DNA from: a virus
Lineage: Duplodnaviria; Caudoviricetes
Virus record (IMG/VR): IMGVR_UViG_3300030451_002095
Location: 1-61,128 of that record
DNA length: 61,128 bases
Strand: one strand, 5' to 3'
A model generated the notes under the pieces. That model had not been told where the DNA came from, made no database searches, and saw only the letters and a program-made list of their open reading frames with translations. This document shows, in pieces, positions 34,004 through 43,051 of the stretch. Both the position numbers and the translations under genes were made by a program. How positions within the stretch are numbered: position 1 is the stretch's first letter; each line of letters begins with the position of its first letter.

Positions 34004-34213
34004 ATGGCAAAAAAAGGAAGAACTAAAAAGGGTGCTTTCCCTGAAATTAAAAAATCTAACGAGGGCAAATTTACTAAATGGGCCAAGAGTAATGGATTTA
34101 AAGATGCGTGTAGCGCGGCTAATGCTGTTATGAAGAAGACTGATAAGTATTCTGAAAGTGTAGTCAAAATGGCTAACTACGCAAAAAATTTCGGGTGTAG
34201 TACAAAAAAATAA
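34004..34213 (+). CDS. Small basic protein
   Basis: EIKKSNEGKFTKWAK...KMANYAKNF. Confidence 0.65.
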   Translation: MAKKGRTKKGAFPEIKKSNEGKFTKWAKSNGFKDACSAANAVMKKTDKYSESVVKMANYAKNFGCSTKK

Positions 34214-34219
34214 AAAATT

Positions 34220-34360
34220 ATGGGCAAATTATTAATTTGGTTAGGAGAGTCAATCTCTAACTTATGGTGTAAATTTCAATGCAATTGGAACTGGATGATT
34301 TCTAAAATAACGTTTAGCGTAGAAACTTGTCCTAACAAACTGTGTACTTGTAAAAAATAA
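34220..34360 (+). CDS. Unannotated 46-aa Cys/Trp-rich protein
   Basis: Manual translation MGKLLIWLGESISNLWCKFQCNWNWMISKITFSVETCPNKLCTCKK. Confidence 0.6.
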   Translation: MGKLLIWLGESISNLWCKFQCNWNWMISKITFSVETCPNKLCTCKK

Positions 34361-34363
34361 ATT

Positions 34364-34555
34364 ATGCGTAGAACTAAAACAAAGGATTTACCGAATATTC
34401 AAAGGTCGCGAGGGTTTGGGGATACGGTTGAAAAATTTACTAAAATGACTGGAATCAAAAAAGTTGTAGATACAGTGGCTAAAAAAACAGGTAAAGACTG
34501 CGGTTGCGGAAAAAGAAAAGACGCTTTAAATAGAATGTTTCCTTACGATAAATAA
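34364..34555 (+). CDS. Small basic protein with a CGC motif
   Basis: SRGFGDTVEKFTKMTGIK...DCGCGKRKDALNRMFPY. Confidence 0.7.
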   Translation: MRRTKTKDLPNIQRSRGFGDTVEKFTKMTGIKKVVDTVAKKTGKDCGCGKRKDALNRMFPYDK

Positions 34556-34567
34556 AAATAAAAAGAA

Positions 34568-35110
34568 ATGGCATATCAAAAATTACAAGCAAGAGAAGCG
34601 TTAGCGGTTATTCCTGATGCAAACGTACCAATTCCAGATCCAAACACAGCTATTAACTTAATTGATGCTGGGACAACAGCAACAGATGGAGTAACAGCTT
34701 TTGAGGTGGTCGCAAATGCGGGTTCTGTTTTAACAGGAGCTGGAACTAAGTTTACCGAAATGAATATTCCTATAGGAGCTATAGTGTACAACTCTACATC
34801 ATCCGAAGCTTACTTTGTAGTAAGTGTTGATTCTGATACGCAAATTACGGTAAATAAAGCGGTAACAGGAACAGCTACTGACACCATAACAATCTATACT
34901 AAAGCGACTGTCGGCTGTACTTTATATATAGGAACAGCAGGAGATGTAACAGTTCAGATGGCAGAAATTAATGGAAATACTGTTGCGGCAGCTGCACCAG
35001 CTAATGCAGAAGTTACTTATAAAAATGTTGGAAACGCAGGCTTATTACCGATTCAAGTAAGAAGAGTGGATGACACTACTACTGCTTCTGATATTGTAGC
35101 AATGTGGTAA
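34568..35110 (+). CDS. Virion structural protein with an inserted beta domain
   Basis: LYIGTAGDVTV...LPIQVRRV...TTASDIVAMW; A/T/V/G-rich. Confidence 0.6.
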   Translation: MAYQKLQAREALAVIPDANVPIPDPNTAINLIDAGTTATDGVTAFEVVANAGSVLTGAGTKFTEMNIPIGAIVYNSTSSEAYFVVSVDSDTQITVNKAVTGTATDTITIYTKATVGCTLYIGTAGDVTVQMAEINGNTVAAAAPANAEVTYKNVGNAGLLPIQVRRVDDTTTASDIVAMW

Positions 35111-35111
35111 T

Positions 35112-35873
35112 ATGGGACTTGGTTTAGGAAACGCTAATGCTAACAACTTTGTTAAGATTCCTCCAGGGTCAGCACCACCGCCTCCACCGTTCAGCAATCT
35201 TTATTCAGTACATTTTAACGGAGTAGATCAAAGTCTTCAAAACACAACTATAGCCCCTCTTTTAGGAACGGGCGGTACGGGAGATTGGAGCGTTTCATTT
35301 TGGGTAAAAGCAGACACTATGAGCGGAATAGGCAATCAAAGGTTATGGTCGTTTGGAGCAGGAGGAACACAGCAAACACAGTTGTACATAAATAATAGTG
35401 GAAACCTACAGTTTGCAGGACCTTGGTCGGACGGGTTTAGTTGGGGAATAGCGGCTGGAACTTGGGCTCATGTTGTATACAGGGTAAGTAGAGCTTCGGC
35501 AAGTTTAAATGTAGGGTATGTTTTAAATGGCAGTACATTTAACAATAAAAACCAAACCATAACACTAACGTTTGATACTACCGGAGCTACCTATGTAGGT
35601 AGAAACTCAGGGAGTTATGGATTTGAAGGAAATATAGATGAACTTGCAGTATGGAATAAATATTTGTCAAACGCTGATTGTTTGGAAATATACAACGGAG
35701 GAAGTGGAGTGGATTTAACCACCTTAACACCTGCGGCTAATTTACAGCACTGGTGGAGAATGGGAGACCCTACAGGAACAGCTTCTTACCCTACTATTAC
35801 AGATGCCGCTGGGTCTATAAATTTAACAATGGACAATCAGGCAAGTTCTGATATTGAAACAGATGTTCCATAA
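35112..35873 (+). CDS. LamG/concanavalin A-like domain virion protein
   Basis: FNGVDQ, WSVSFWVK, WAHVV, FEGNIDELAVWNKYLS, HWWRMGD. Confidence 0.85.
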   Translation: MGLGLGNANANNFVKIPPGSAPPPPPFSNLYSVHFNGVDQSLQNTTIAPLLGTGGTGDWSVSFWVKADTMSGIGNQRLWSFGAGGTQQTQLYINNSGNLQFAGPWSDGFSWGIAAGTWAHVVYRVSRASASLNVGYVLNGSTFNNKNQTITLTFDTTGATYVGRNSGSYGFEGNIDELAVWNKYLSNADCLEIYNGGSGVDLTTLTPAANLQHWWRMGDPTGTASYPTITDAAGSINLTMDNQASSDIETDVP

Positions 35874-36100
35874 TGTTATTTTCCACATTAGACATATCAC
35901 TTTTAAATGATGTAAACTATAATGAGGTTACAGAAGATTCAGCTTTAACAGTTAGAAAAAATAATAATCAAACACTTTTTATTATAGGATTTCCAGCAAA
36001 TAAAATACCTTCAATAGCAGAAAAAGAAGATCATTACACTAATCAAGAGATGCTTGATATTATTGCTGACCCTGCAAACGGTTGGGTAGAAGAAGAATAA
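35873..36100 (+). CDS. Hypothetical protein coupled to the LamG gene
   Basis: TAATG overlap. Confidence 0.6.
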   Translation: MLFSTLDISLLNDVNYNEVTEDSALTVRKNNNQTLFIIGFPANKIPSIAEKEDHYTNQEMLDIIADPANGWVEEE

Positions 36101-36111
36101 AATATTTATAT

Positions 36112-36119
36112 TATCTTTG
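36112..36119 (+). promoter_or_regulatory. -7 element TATCTTTG for the lysis cassette
   Basis: Intergenic. Confidence 0.6.
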
Positions 36120-36197
36120 CATTTATGAATTGGTATCAAACAACAACATATACAGGTGAGGTAAAGTATGTACAGTCATCAACTTAACCTTTAAAAA

Positions 36198-36353
36198 ATG
36201 AAAACTGAAATGAAAGACACAGTAGAAGTAGTGGCTGCCAATGGGGGAGCTTTAGGTTTAACATTAATGCAGGCTAACGAAATACTTCAATTTGTTTCTC
36301 TGTCGCTTGCTATCGCATTTACAATATATAAGTTTATAAAAAAAACAAAGTAG
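36198..36353 (+). CDS. Unannotated 51-aa holin-like membrane protein
   Basis: MKTEMKDTVEVVAANGGALGLTLMQANEILQFVSLSLAIAFTIYKFIKKTK; hydrophobic helices and basic tail; 2 nt before the endolysin. Confidence 0.65.
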   Translation: MKTEMKDTVEVVAANGGALGLTLMQANEILQFVSLSLAIAFTIYKFIKKTK

Positions 36354-36355
36354 TC

Positions 36356-36721
36356 ATGAAATATTTTACCTATAAAGAATTTGATTCGCCAGATGAGCCA
36401 GGTTCTGGTAAAAATATGAGGCATGATTTTTTAGAGCTTTTAGACTTTGCGAGAGAAGAATCGGGAACACCTTTTAAAATTACCTCTGGATTTCGTACAG
36501 AGGCCTACAATAAAGATTTATTAAAGAGAGGATATAAGGCTTCTAAAAATAGCTCACATCTAAAAGGGTGCGCTGCGGATATTGCCTGCACAAGTTCATC
36601 TAAAAGAAGTTTAATAGTTAGAGCTTTAATTAATGTCGGGTTTACAAGATTGGGGATTGCAAAATCCTTCATACATGTGGACAACGATTCGAGTAAGCCT
36701 GACGCAATATGGTTATATTGA
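36356..36721 (+). CDS. Endolysin, peptidase M15 family
   Basis: ITSGFRT...N...SSHLKGCAADI...FIHVD. Confidence 0.88.
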   Translation: MKYFTYKEFDSPDEPGSGKNMRHDFLELLDFAREESGTPFKITSGFRTEAYNKDLLKRGYKASKNSSHLKGCAADIACTSSSKRSLIVRALINVGFTRLGIAKSFIHVDNDSSKPDAIWLY

Positions 36722-36722
36722 T

Positions 36723-36881
36723 ATGGCAAAAAAAGGAAGGGTTAAGAGTAAGGGAAATAAAATTTGTAAAGCAGGTAAGGACTGGGCTATGAGAACTTAT
36801 GGTAAATGGTCAGCTTATGCTGCGATGGGAGCTTCTAAATACTGTAAAGATCCTAATTACGCTAAAAACAAAAAGAAATGA
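36723..36881 (+). CDS. Small basic protein (start re-called at ATG 36723)
   Basis: MAKKGRVKSKGNKICKAGKDWAMRTYGKWSAYAAMGASKYCKDPNY. Confidence 0.6.
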   Translation: MAKKGRVKSKGNKICKAGKDWAMRTYGKWSAYAAMGASKYCKDPNYAKNKKK

Positions 36882-37009
36882 CTGAAATAAAAAAAATGAA
36901 AGAAGTTGTAAAGCAACTTAAAAACGCTTCAAAAATGCACGCACAACAAGCTGCTAAAATTGAAAAGATGATTAAATCAATGAAGCCTAAAACTAAAAAG
37001 AAAAAGTAA
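36878..37009 (+). CDS. Unannotated 43-aa basic protein
   Basis: MTEIKKMKEVVKQLKNASKMHAQQAAKIEKMIKSMKPKTKKKK; ATGA and TAATG overlaps on either side. Confidence 0.6.
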   Translation: MTEIKKMKEVVKQLKNASKMHAQQAAKIEKMIKSMKPKTKKKK

Positions 37010-37248
37010 TGGCTGGGGCTTTAAAAAAATGGAGAGATGAGAAATGGGTTCGTATAGGAACTGACGGATCTATATTGGGTGCTTGTGGAACAAGTAAGGC
37101 CAAAAAAAACCCAGCAAGATGTCTGCCATTATCTAAAGCTAAATCATTAAGTAAAGCGGAAAGAGCCGCGACAGCTAAAAAGAAAAAAAGATCAGGTGGT
37201 AGAAAACAATTTGTAATGAATACTAAAAAAGCAAAAGTAAAAACTTAA
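37009..37248 (+). CDS. Small basic protein (DUF5872-like)
   Basis: LKKWRDEKWV...CG...RCLPLSKAKSLS..ERAAT. Confidence 0.6.
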   Translation: MAGALKKWRDEKWVRIGTDGSILGACGTSKAKKNPARCLPLSKAKSLSKAERAATAKKKKRSGGRKQFVMNTKKAKVKT

Positions 37249-37259
37249 AACACATAATT

Positions 37260-37415
37260 ATGCCAACTGTTAAAACAAAAGGAAAAAAGAGGGTGTTCCC
37301 TTACAACGCAGTAGGGAAGGCTCAAGCAGACTCTTATGCTAAAATGCACAAGGGTAAAAAGAAAAATAATCCAGGATATGGAATGGAAAGAAAAACTAAA
37401 TCTTCAGGATACTAA
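37260..37415 (+). CDS. Unannotated 51-aa basic protein, paralog of 32748..33101
   Basis: MPTVKTKGKKRVFPYNAVGKAQADSYAKMHKGKKKNNPGYGMERKTKSSGY. Confidence 0.75.
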   Translation: MPTVKTKGKKRVFPYNAVGKAQADSYAKMHKGKKKNNPGYGMERKTKSSGY

Positions 37416-37708
37416 TGGCTGTCAGTAAAAAAAATATGAAATGCAATGTGGTTCGTCCAAGCACAAGACCTGGTAAGAAAAAAATGGTTAAAGCTTGTGA
37501 AGGGGGAAAAGAAAAGATTATTCACTTTGGAGCTAAAGGATATGGTCATAATTATTCTGCCGCTGCCAGAAAATCTTTTAAAGCAAGACATAAATGCGGT
37601 ACAGCTAAATCAAAACTAACAGCGCGATACTGGTCGTGTAAAAAACTATGGGCAGGAAAAGGAGGTTCTACAAAGTCAAGCCCTAAAAATAGAAGAGGAA
37701 AATACTAA
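37415..37708 (+). CDS. Small basic protein (DUF6321-like)
   Basis: KIIHFGAKG...ARKSFKARHKC...LTARYWSC. Confidence 0.65.
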   Translation: MAVSKKNMKCNVVRPSTRPGKKKMVKACEGGKEKIIHFGAKGYGHNYSAAARKSFKARHKCGTAKSKLTARYWSCKKLWAGKGGSTKSSPKNRRGKY

Positions 37709-37917
37709 TGGAAGATATTTTAAAGTTAATAGACGGATACGGTTTGCCATTAATATTATTATTAGGCGCTTTATATGCTTTATATAAATTTTTTGTTTTT
37801 AGTATATATGAAGTAAAAGGACAGTTTTCAAAATATCATGAAAAAAACGCAGCAGACATGGAGGAGGTTAAAAAGAAAATAGATATTATATTAGAATACA
37901 TAAGAAAAAAATCATGA
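37708..37917 (+). CDS. Small membrane protein, possible holin or antiholin
   Basis: YGLPLILLLGALYALYKFFVF helix plus coiled-coil tail. Confidence 0.55.
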   Translation: MEDILKLIDGYGLPLILLLGALYALYKFFVFSIYEVKGQFSKYHEKNAADMEEVKKKIDIILEYIRKKS

Positions 37918-38306
37918 GTATATTAAATAAAATATTAGGAAAGGGCGCTTTAGATATTGCCGGAAAGGCTGCTGAAATTGCAGATAAATTTATTCAAACA
38001 AAAGAAGAAAAAGCTGCTTTCGAAATGGAAATGGAAAAAGTTGTAATTGAAGCCGAAGCTGAGATTCAAAAAAACGTAACAGAAAGATGGAAGCATGATA
38101 TGACCAGTGATTCTTGGTTAAGTAAAAATGTTAGACCAATGGTATTGATATTTTTAGTAGTATGTACTGTGTTAATGATATTTATTGACGGAGGGTCTAT
38201 TAATTTTGTAGTTGAAGAAAAGTGGACTTCTTTGTTGGAAATAGTTTTAATAACTGTGATTGGAGCTTACTTTGGAGGAAGGTCATTTGAAAAAATAAAA
38301 AAGTAA
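37914..38306 (+). CDS. Holin, GTA 3TM-holin-like
   Basis: RWKHDMTSDSWLSKNVRP, hydrophobic helices, GAYFGGRSFEK. Confidence 0.75.
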   Translation: MSILNKILGKGALDIAGKAAEIADKFIQTKEEKAAFEMEMEKVVIEAEAEIQKNVTERWKHDMTSDSWLSKNVRPMVLIFLVVCTVLMIFIDGGSINFVVEEKWTSLLEIVLITVIGAYFGGRSFEKIKK

Positions 38307-38440
38307 TGGCTAAATCACCAGCATTTATATTTCGCGGAAATAAACAGAAAAAAAGACCAGGAGTTCACTCTAAATCAAAGAGTAGTAATTTAAAATCCAG
38401 CAAGAACTATCTTAAAAAATATAGAGGTCAAGGAAAATAA
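38306..38440 (+). CDS. Unannotated 44-aa basic peptide ending KKYRGQGK
   Basis: MAKSPAFIFRGNKQKKRPGVHSKSKSSNLKSSKNYLKKYRGQGK; TAATG overlap. Confidence 0.7.
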   Translation: MAKSPAFIFRGNKQKKRPGVHSKSKSSNLKSSKNYLKKYRGQGK

Positions 38441-38461
38441 AATACATTCCATAACTTTTAT

Positions 38462-38469
38462 TATCTTTG
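38462..38469 (+). promoter_or_regulatory. -7 element TATCTTTG
   Basis: Intergenic, upstream of ATG 38503. Confidence 0.6.
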
Positions 38470-38502
38470 TAAAAAATTAATTATAATCTAAATTTATTAA
38501 AA

Positions 38503-38748
38503 ATGAAAAAAATTGAAACAAAAGAACTGGAAGCTTTACAAAGCTTAAACGCAGAGTTTAACAAGCTTAAAATGCAATTAGGAGATTTAGCCTTACAAAA
38601 GCATGGAGCGTGTTTAAGAGTAGAAGAGTTAAAATCAGAGTTTGCTTTGTTAGAAAAAGACCTGATGACAAAATACGGTAAGGATGCGGTAATTAACCTG
38701 GAGACAGGAGAGATAAAAGAAAAAGAAAAAGAACAAGAAAAAAAGTAA
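38503..38748 (+). CDS. Small coiled-coil protein
   Basis: KYGKDAVINLETGEI C-terminal motif. Confidence 0.65.
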   Translation: MKKIETKELEALQSLNAEFNKLKMQLGDLALQKHGACLRVEELKSEFALLEKDLMTKYGKDAVINLETGEIKEKEKEQEKK

Positions 38749-39342
38749 ATGGCAAAAATTGAGAATAAAGTCGCGTATCCTTCAGTTAAACCACAGTCTA
38801 ACGACTATGTGGTTCTAACAGATGTTAGTGATAATAATGCAACTAAAACTTGTTTGGTTGGCGACTTATATTCTTTTTATGGATGGAGAACTTTCGATAG
38901 AACCTTAACCGCTGCCGAAGTTATATCAGCAGAAACACAACCTATTATTTTAATGGCTAATCAAGGGCCAGGCACAATGATTGTACCTGCTTTTATGGAT
39001 GCAGTGTTTAGTGTAATCAGCAACTCTTCCGTTCCACCAGTAGCTTTTAATTGTACCGGAAATGGCAAGATAGCATCTGCAAATAATACTCCTACTCAAG
39101 TTATTTGTTATGGTCTGGACGAGCAGAATATAAATCAAACTGTATTTGGTACAGGTCAAAACAAGATTTTTGGTGGAAGCGATATACTCCCTTCAGGAGG
39201 TAACACTTACGGTGTCGACATGGGAGGGTTAATAAACAGTAGCCTTGTATTTACGTTTGCAGCCGGTGAAGGACCAACGCTTGGCAACGGATCGCTAAGA
39301 ATTACTTTTAGATATAGAATATTAACAGGTTTTAATTTATAG
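38749..39342 (+). CDS. Short tail-fibre-like virion protein
   Basis: N-terminal MAKIENxxAYP...TDVSxNN.T.T domain shared with the next gene. Confidence 0.6.
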   Translation: MAKIENKVAYPSVKPQSNDYVVLTDVSDNNATKTCLVGDLYSFYGWRTFDRTLTAAEVISAETQPIILMANQGPGTMIVPAFMDAVFSVISNSSVPPVAFNCTGNGKIASANNTPTQVICYGLDEQNINQTVFGTGQNKIFGGSDILPSGGNTYGVDMGGLINSSLVFTFAAGEGPTLGNGSLRITFRYRILTGFNL

Positions 39343-39344
39343 AC

Positions 39345-41399
39345 ATGGCGAAAATTGAAAACACTCAAGCTTATCCTACGGTTGTCCCTGCAATGGACGA
39401 CCTTTTAATTGCTACTGACGTTAGTAACAATAACGAAACTGTTACATTTTTAGTTAGTTCATTAATAGGGGGCGCGGGTGTTCTTCAGGGATTACAGTCT
39501 GTTTTAGATACGGGAAATACAGCTACACAAAATATTAACCTAACAGGAGATATTACAGTAGTCGGAACAGTTTATCCTACTACTATTACTGCTCAAGCAA
39601 CAACCGGTTTAGCCGGCCAAATCTTATCATCTACAGGAACAGGTATTGAGTGGATTAATTCTCCTGCTACATCATGTTGTAGTTGGAACGATAGTTTAAC
39701 TATAGGTAATACTGCCACTACGAACGCGATTGTAGACGGTGTCAATATGACTTTTCAAAACGCAGGAGCAGGGTTATATGTTAACAGTCCTGCTATAGTA
39801 AGTATTAGCGGTGTTACTAATTTTAATAATACCGTTGTTGACATGAACAACAGTGATGTGATTTTCGGTGTTACAGGGCAAATAGAAGACAGCACAGGAT
39901 CTACTGGAACTGCCGGACAATGGTTAACTTCACAGGGTCCAGCGGGTGGAGTTGCGTGGTCGAGCTCACTACCTCCAGCTTCTTGCTGCGGGTTACAAAG
40001 TACTATTGCTTCAGGAAACACATCTACGGGACAAAATGTAACTTTAACAGGTACAGGACTATGGACTTTCGACACTAATGTTTCTATAACTTCAGCGGGT
40101 ACTAATACCTGGTCAGGCAATAACGTTTTTAGTGCCGCTGGAAATCTTAGCACTACAGCTGGTATTGCGTTAACAGGAAGTTTATATGATGGAGCCTCTA
40201 CAGGAACAGCTGGACAGGTTCTAACATCTACAGCTACTGGAGTATCTTGGGCAGCACCAAGTGCTGGTACTCAAGATTTACAATCAGTATTAGATAATGG
40301 AAACACAGCAGGAGGAGCAAATGCTAATATAACAATATCTGGATTTATAAAACCGGGACAAATTACAGATACATCAGGAGCTACTGGTGCGGCCGGACAG
40401 GTGCTTACCTCAACAGGAACAGGGTTGGCTTGGGTTACTGAGACTTGTTGTAATTTACAAGACACTTTAACTGCTGGTAATAGCGCTACTACAAGTATTG
40501 TTTTATCGGGGCCAGGTATTAGTCTTACAGCGCCTACGATAATCCCAGGATATATACAAGACTTTTCAGGAACCACGGGGGCTCCGGGAGAAGTTTTAAC
40601 AGTAAACGGAGCGGGTACAGGAATAGAGTGGGCAGCGCCAACAGGAGCGGTTACAAGTGTTTCGGCCGGACCATCAGCAGCTTCTACAGGAACACCATTA
40701 ACTATAACTCCTACAACAGGAGCGGTGGTTGTTACTTCTAATACTTATATAGGAGGAACTAATGTTGGTCACGTACCAAGCGGAGGGACAGCTTCTACTT
40801 TTTTACGAGGAGATGGAACATGGCAAACGCCTTCTGGATCTGCCACAGCACCAGAACAAACATTAATGGTTCCTTTTTATAATACTAAATGGAGCCCTGT
40901 AGCAAACACCTTTTACACTTTTCATGGCATGACTGAGGGTTCTACTGTAGGCATAATAGGGGTAAATTCTTTAGGTACCGTTGCTCCTTCAGGAGGAGGA
41001 TTCCTTATGAGCCCCGAAGACTTAATGGCGGGGCAGGTATTTGGAAATCCGCCAGGCGGAACATGTACTCTTTATAGTGAGTTTTGGAGTATTTGCTCTG
41101 TAAGATTTGAGTTCGTGACTACTGTAAATACAATTTTTAACTTCCAACTTTGGAACGCACCATTATGCCCGGCAGACCCAGAAATAGGAACATTAACACA
41201 GTTAGCGATATGTGAGTTTGGGGAAGCTGATACCACTCAGTTTAACTGTTGCGATGCAACCGTTGCAGCATCTCCTGGTAATAGGATAGGACATGGTCAG
41301 TCTATATTTGTGACACTGAATAATGGAGCGGGCACGGGTGCTGCTAATGTGAACTTTCAAGGTAGAATGTATATAAATTTACAAAAGGTTTTACCATAA
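39345..41399 (+). CDS. Tail fibre protein
   Basis: Five LQSVLxxGNxA(T) and G(Q/E)xLTSTGTGxxW repeats; Gly/Thr-rich; FLRGDGTW motif. Confidence 0.8.
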   Translation: MAKIENTQAYPTVVPAMDDLLIATDVSNNNETVTFLVSSLIGGAGVLQGLQSVLDTGNTATQNINLTGDITVVGTVYPTTITAQATTGLAGQILSSTGTGIEWINSPATSCCSWNDSLTIGNTATTNAIVDGVNMTFQNAGAGLYVNSPAIVSISGVTNFNNTVVDMNNSDVIFGVTGQIEDSTGSTGTAGQWLTSQGPAGGVAWSSSLPPASCCGLQSTIASGNTSTGQNVTLTGTGLWTFDTNVSITSAGTNTWSGNNVFSAAGNLSTTAGIALTGSLYDGASTGTAGQVLTSTATGVSWAAPSAGTQDLQSVLDNGNTAGGANANITISGFIKPGQITDTSGATGAAGQVLTSTGTGLAWVTETCCNLQDTLTAGNSATTSIVLSGPGISLTAPTIIPGYIQDFSGTTGAPGEVLTVNGAGTGIEWAAPTGAVTSVSAGPSAASTGTPLTITPTTGAVVVTSNTYIGGTNVGHVPSGGTASTFLRGDGTWQTPSGSATAPEQTLMVPFYNTKWSPVANTFYTFHGMTEGSTVGIIGVNSLGTVAPSGGGFLMSPEDLMAGQVFGNPPGGTCTLYSEFWSICSVRFEFVTTVNTIFNFQLWNAPLCPADPEIGTLTQLAICEFGEADTTQFNCCDATVAASPGNRIGHGQSIFVTLNNGAGTGAANVNFQGRMYINLQKVLP

Positions 41400-41421
41400 A
41401 TTACAATTAAATAAAAATGAA

Positions 41422-41640
41422 ATGGACATTCGAAAAATATCAATTGGCGCAGACTACAAGTCTGGAGCCATGCACTATATTGTAGGACAAGACGTTTTAG
41501 GGGGTAGTCACACTATTCATTTGATTCAGGCTACAGAAGGGTCTTACAAAATTTGGATTCAAAAAGAAAATGAGGTTTATATGTGGAAAGAATTTTTAGC
41601 CACCCTGCCTATATCATTAGAATATAATATAAACTTTTAA
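41422..41640 (+). CDS. Conserved hypothetical protein
   Basis: IRKISIGADYK..AMHYIVGQ...WKEF...PISLEYN. Confidence 0.7.
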   Translation: MDIRKISIGADYKSGAMHYIVGQDVLGGSHTIHLIQATEGSYKIWIQKENEVYMWKEFLATLPISLEYNINF

Positions 41641-42203
41641 TGAGGTCTCCTTATAATTTTATAGTAACTCCTATTAACAATAGGAGATATGACAACACTA
41701 AAAATATTGATGGATTAGAATTTATAACCAGTACTTCTCAGGAGGATCATAAAACTTCTAATCGATTCGCTAAAGTAGTAGCTCTTCCTATAAATTATAA
41801 AGGAGAAATAAAAACCGGAGACACATTGCTTGTTCATCATAATGTCTTTAAGTTTTATTATGATATGTACGGAAGAGAAAAAAGTGGAAGAAGCTTTTTA
41901 AAAGATAATTTATTTTTAATAGATCCAGAACAATTTTTTTTATACAAACAAAACGGAAAGTGGAACGCTCACAGTAAGTATTGTTTTGTAAAACCTATTG
42001 AATTAGAAAAATCGTATATATACAAAGGCGGTAATGAGGAGCCTTTAATAGGGATAGTTCGTTATATAAATAAAGAGCTAAAAGAATTAGGAGTTAAAGA
42101 GGGGGATAAAATTTCTTTTACCCCAGACAGTGAATACGAGTTTAATGTGGAGGGAGAAAAATTATACAGAATGTTTACTAATAATATAACTATGGTATTA
42201 TGA
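41640..42203 (+). CDS. Tandem GroES-like fold protein
   Basis: Two halves with GroES-like patterns: AKVVALP...IKTGDTLLVHHN and GIVRY...GVKEGDKISF...EFNVEGEKLYRM. Confidence 0.5.
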   Translation: MRSPYNFIVTPINNRRYDNTKNIDGLEFITSTSQEDHKTSNRFAKVVALPINYKGEIKTGDTLLVHHNVFKFYYDMYGREKSGRSFLKDNLFLIDPEQFFLYKQNGKWNAHSKYCFVKPIELEKSYIYKGGNEEPLIGIVRYINKELKELGVKEGDKISFTPDSEYEFNVEGEKLYRMFTNNITMVL

Positions 42204-42772
42204 TACATATTATAGATAATTTTGTGGACAAAGATTTATTTAAAATAGCGACAGACTATTTAAACAAAGGAGAGTTTTTAAAGCACACTGTTGGAGAAAA
42301 AAATTTTTATACACAAAGTTCTCCAGATGCTTTTACTAATTATATGATAGGTAAACTGGGAGTAATAGAGGGTCGTCCCGTAGAGAATATTTTAAGTTTT
42401 TTTAGAACCTCAACTCCTAATAAAGACACAGATTGGAGAATACATTCTGATTTAAAAATTAAAGGTCAACAACCTGATAGAGCCGCAGTTCTTTATATGT
42501 CCCCGCGTGAGCTGGAAGAGCTTCACGGAACTGCTTTTTGGGAGCATGTTATTTACGGAGCCTCATTACCTGATTCTGTAGATAATGAAGAATACGATCG
42601 AATGATTAAAATAGACGCAAACGAGTTGGATAAATGGAGATTAGTTTCTGTGGCGGGCTATGAACAGAATAGATTAATATCTTATCCTGCAAACTACTTT
42701 CATAGTAAATACCCAAATAAATCTTGGAAGGAAGGTAGAAATGTTTTTGTAATATTTTATAAATATAAATAA
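42200..42772 (+). CDS. 2OG-Fe(II) oxygenase-like protein
   Basis: HSD, AAVLYMS, GTAFWEH, NRLISYPANYFHS and a distal R: HxD...H...R pattern. Confidence 0.75.
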   Translation: MIHIIDNFVDKDLFKIATDYLNKGEFLKHTVGEKNFYTQSSPDAFTNYMIGKLGVIEGRPVENILSFFRTSTPNKDTDWRIHSDLKIKGQQPDRAAVLYMSPRELEELHGTAFWEHVIYGASLPDSVDNEEYDRMIKIDANELDKWRLVSVAGYEQNRLISYPANYFHSKYPNKSWKEGRNVFVIFYKYK

Positions 42773-43051
42773 ATGGAAAGTAAAGAAATTAAACTACAAA
42801 TAATAGAGGCTGGTAAAAAAGCAGTAAAACAACTAATTAAAGTTGCAAAAGAAGATATTATAAAATATGATAAGGATGATGAGTTGGCAGCGGACAGATT
42901 AAAAAATGCTGCTGCTACAAAAAAATTAGCAATATTTGATGCTTTTGAAATATTAAACAGAATAGAAAGCGAAAGAGCTTTATTAAATGGAGAGGTTGCG
43001 GATAAAAAAACTAATACATTAAAAGGATTTGCAGAATCAAGGTCAAAATAA
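42773..43051 (+). CDS. Putative terminase small subunit
   Basis: Helical 92-aa protein directly before and overlapping terL. Confidence 0.5.
   Translation: MESKEIKLQIIEAGKKAVKQLIKVAKEDIIKYDKDDELAADRLKNAAATKKLAIFDAFEILNRIESERALLNGEVADKKTNTLKGFAESRSK

Noticed and set aside
38749-41399. Diversity-generating retroelement targeting the tail fibres
   Set aside because: No reverse transcriptase and no template/variable repeat pair were seen; the repeats are ordinary fibre repeats.
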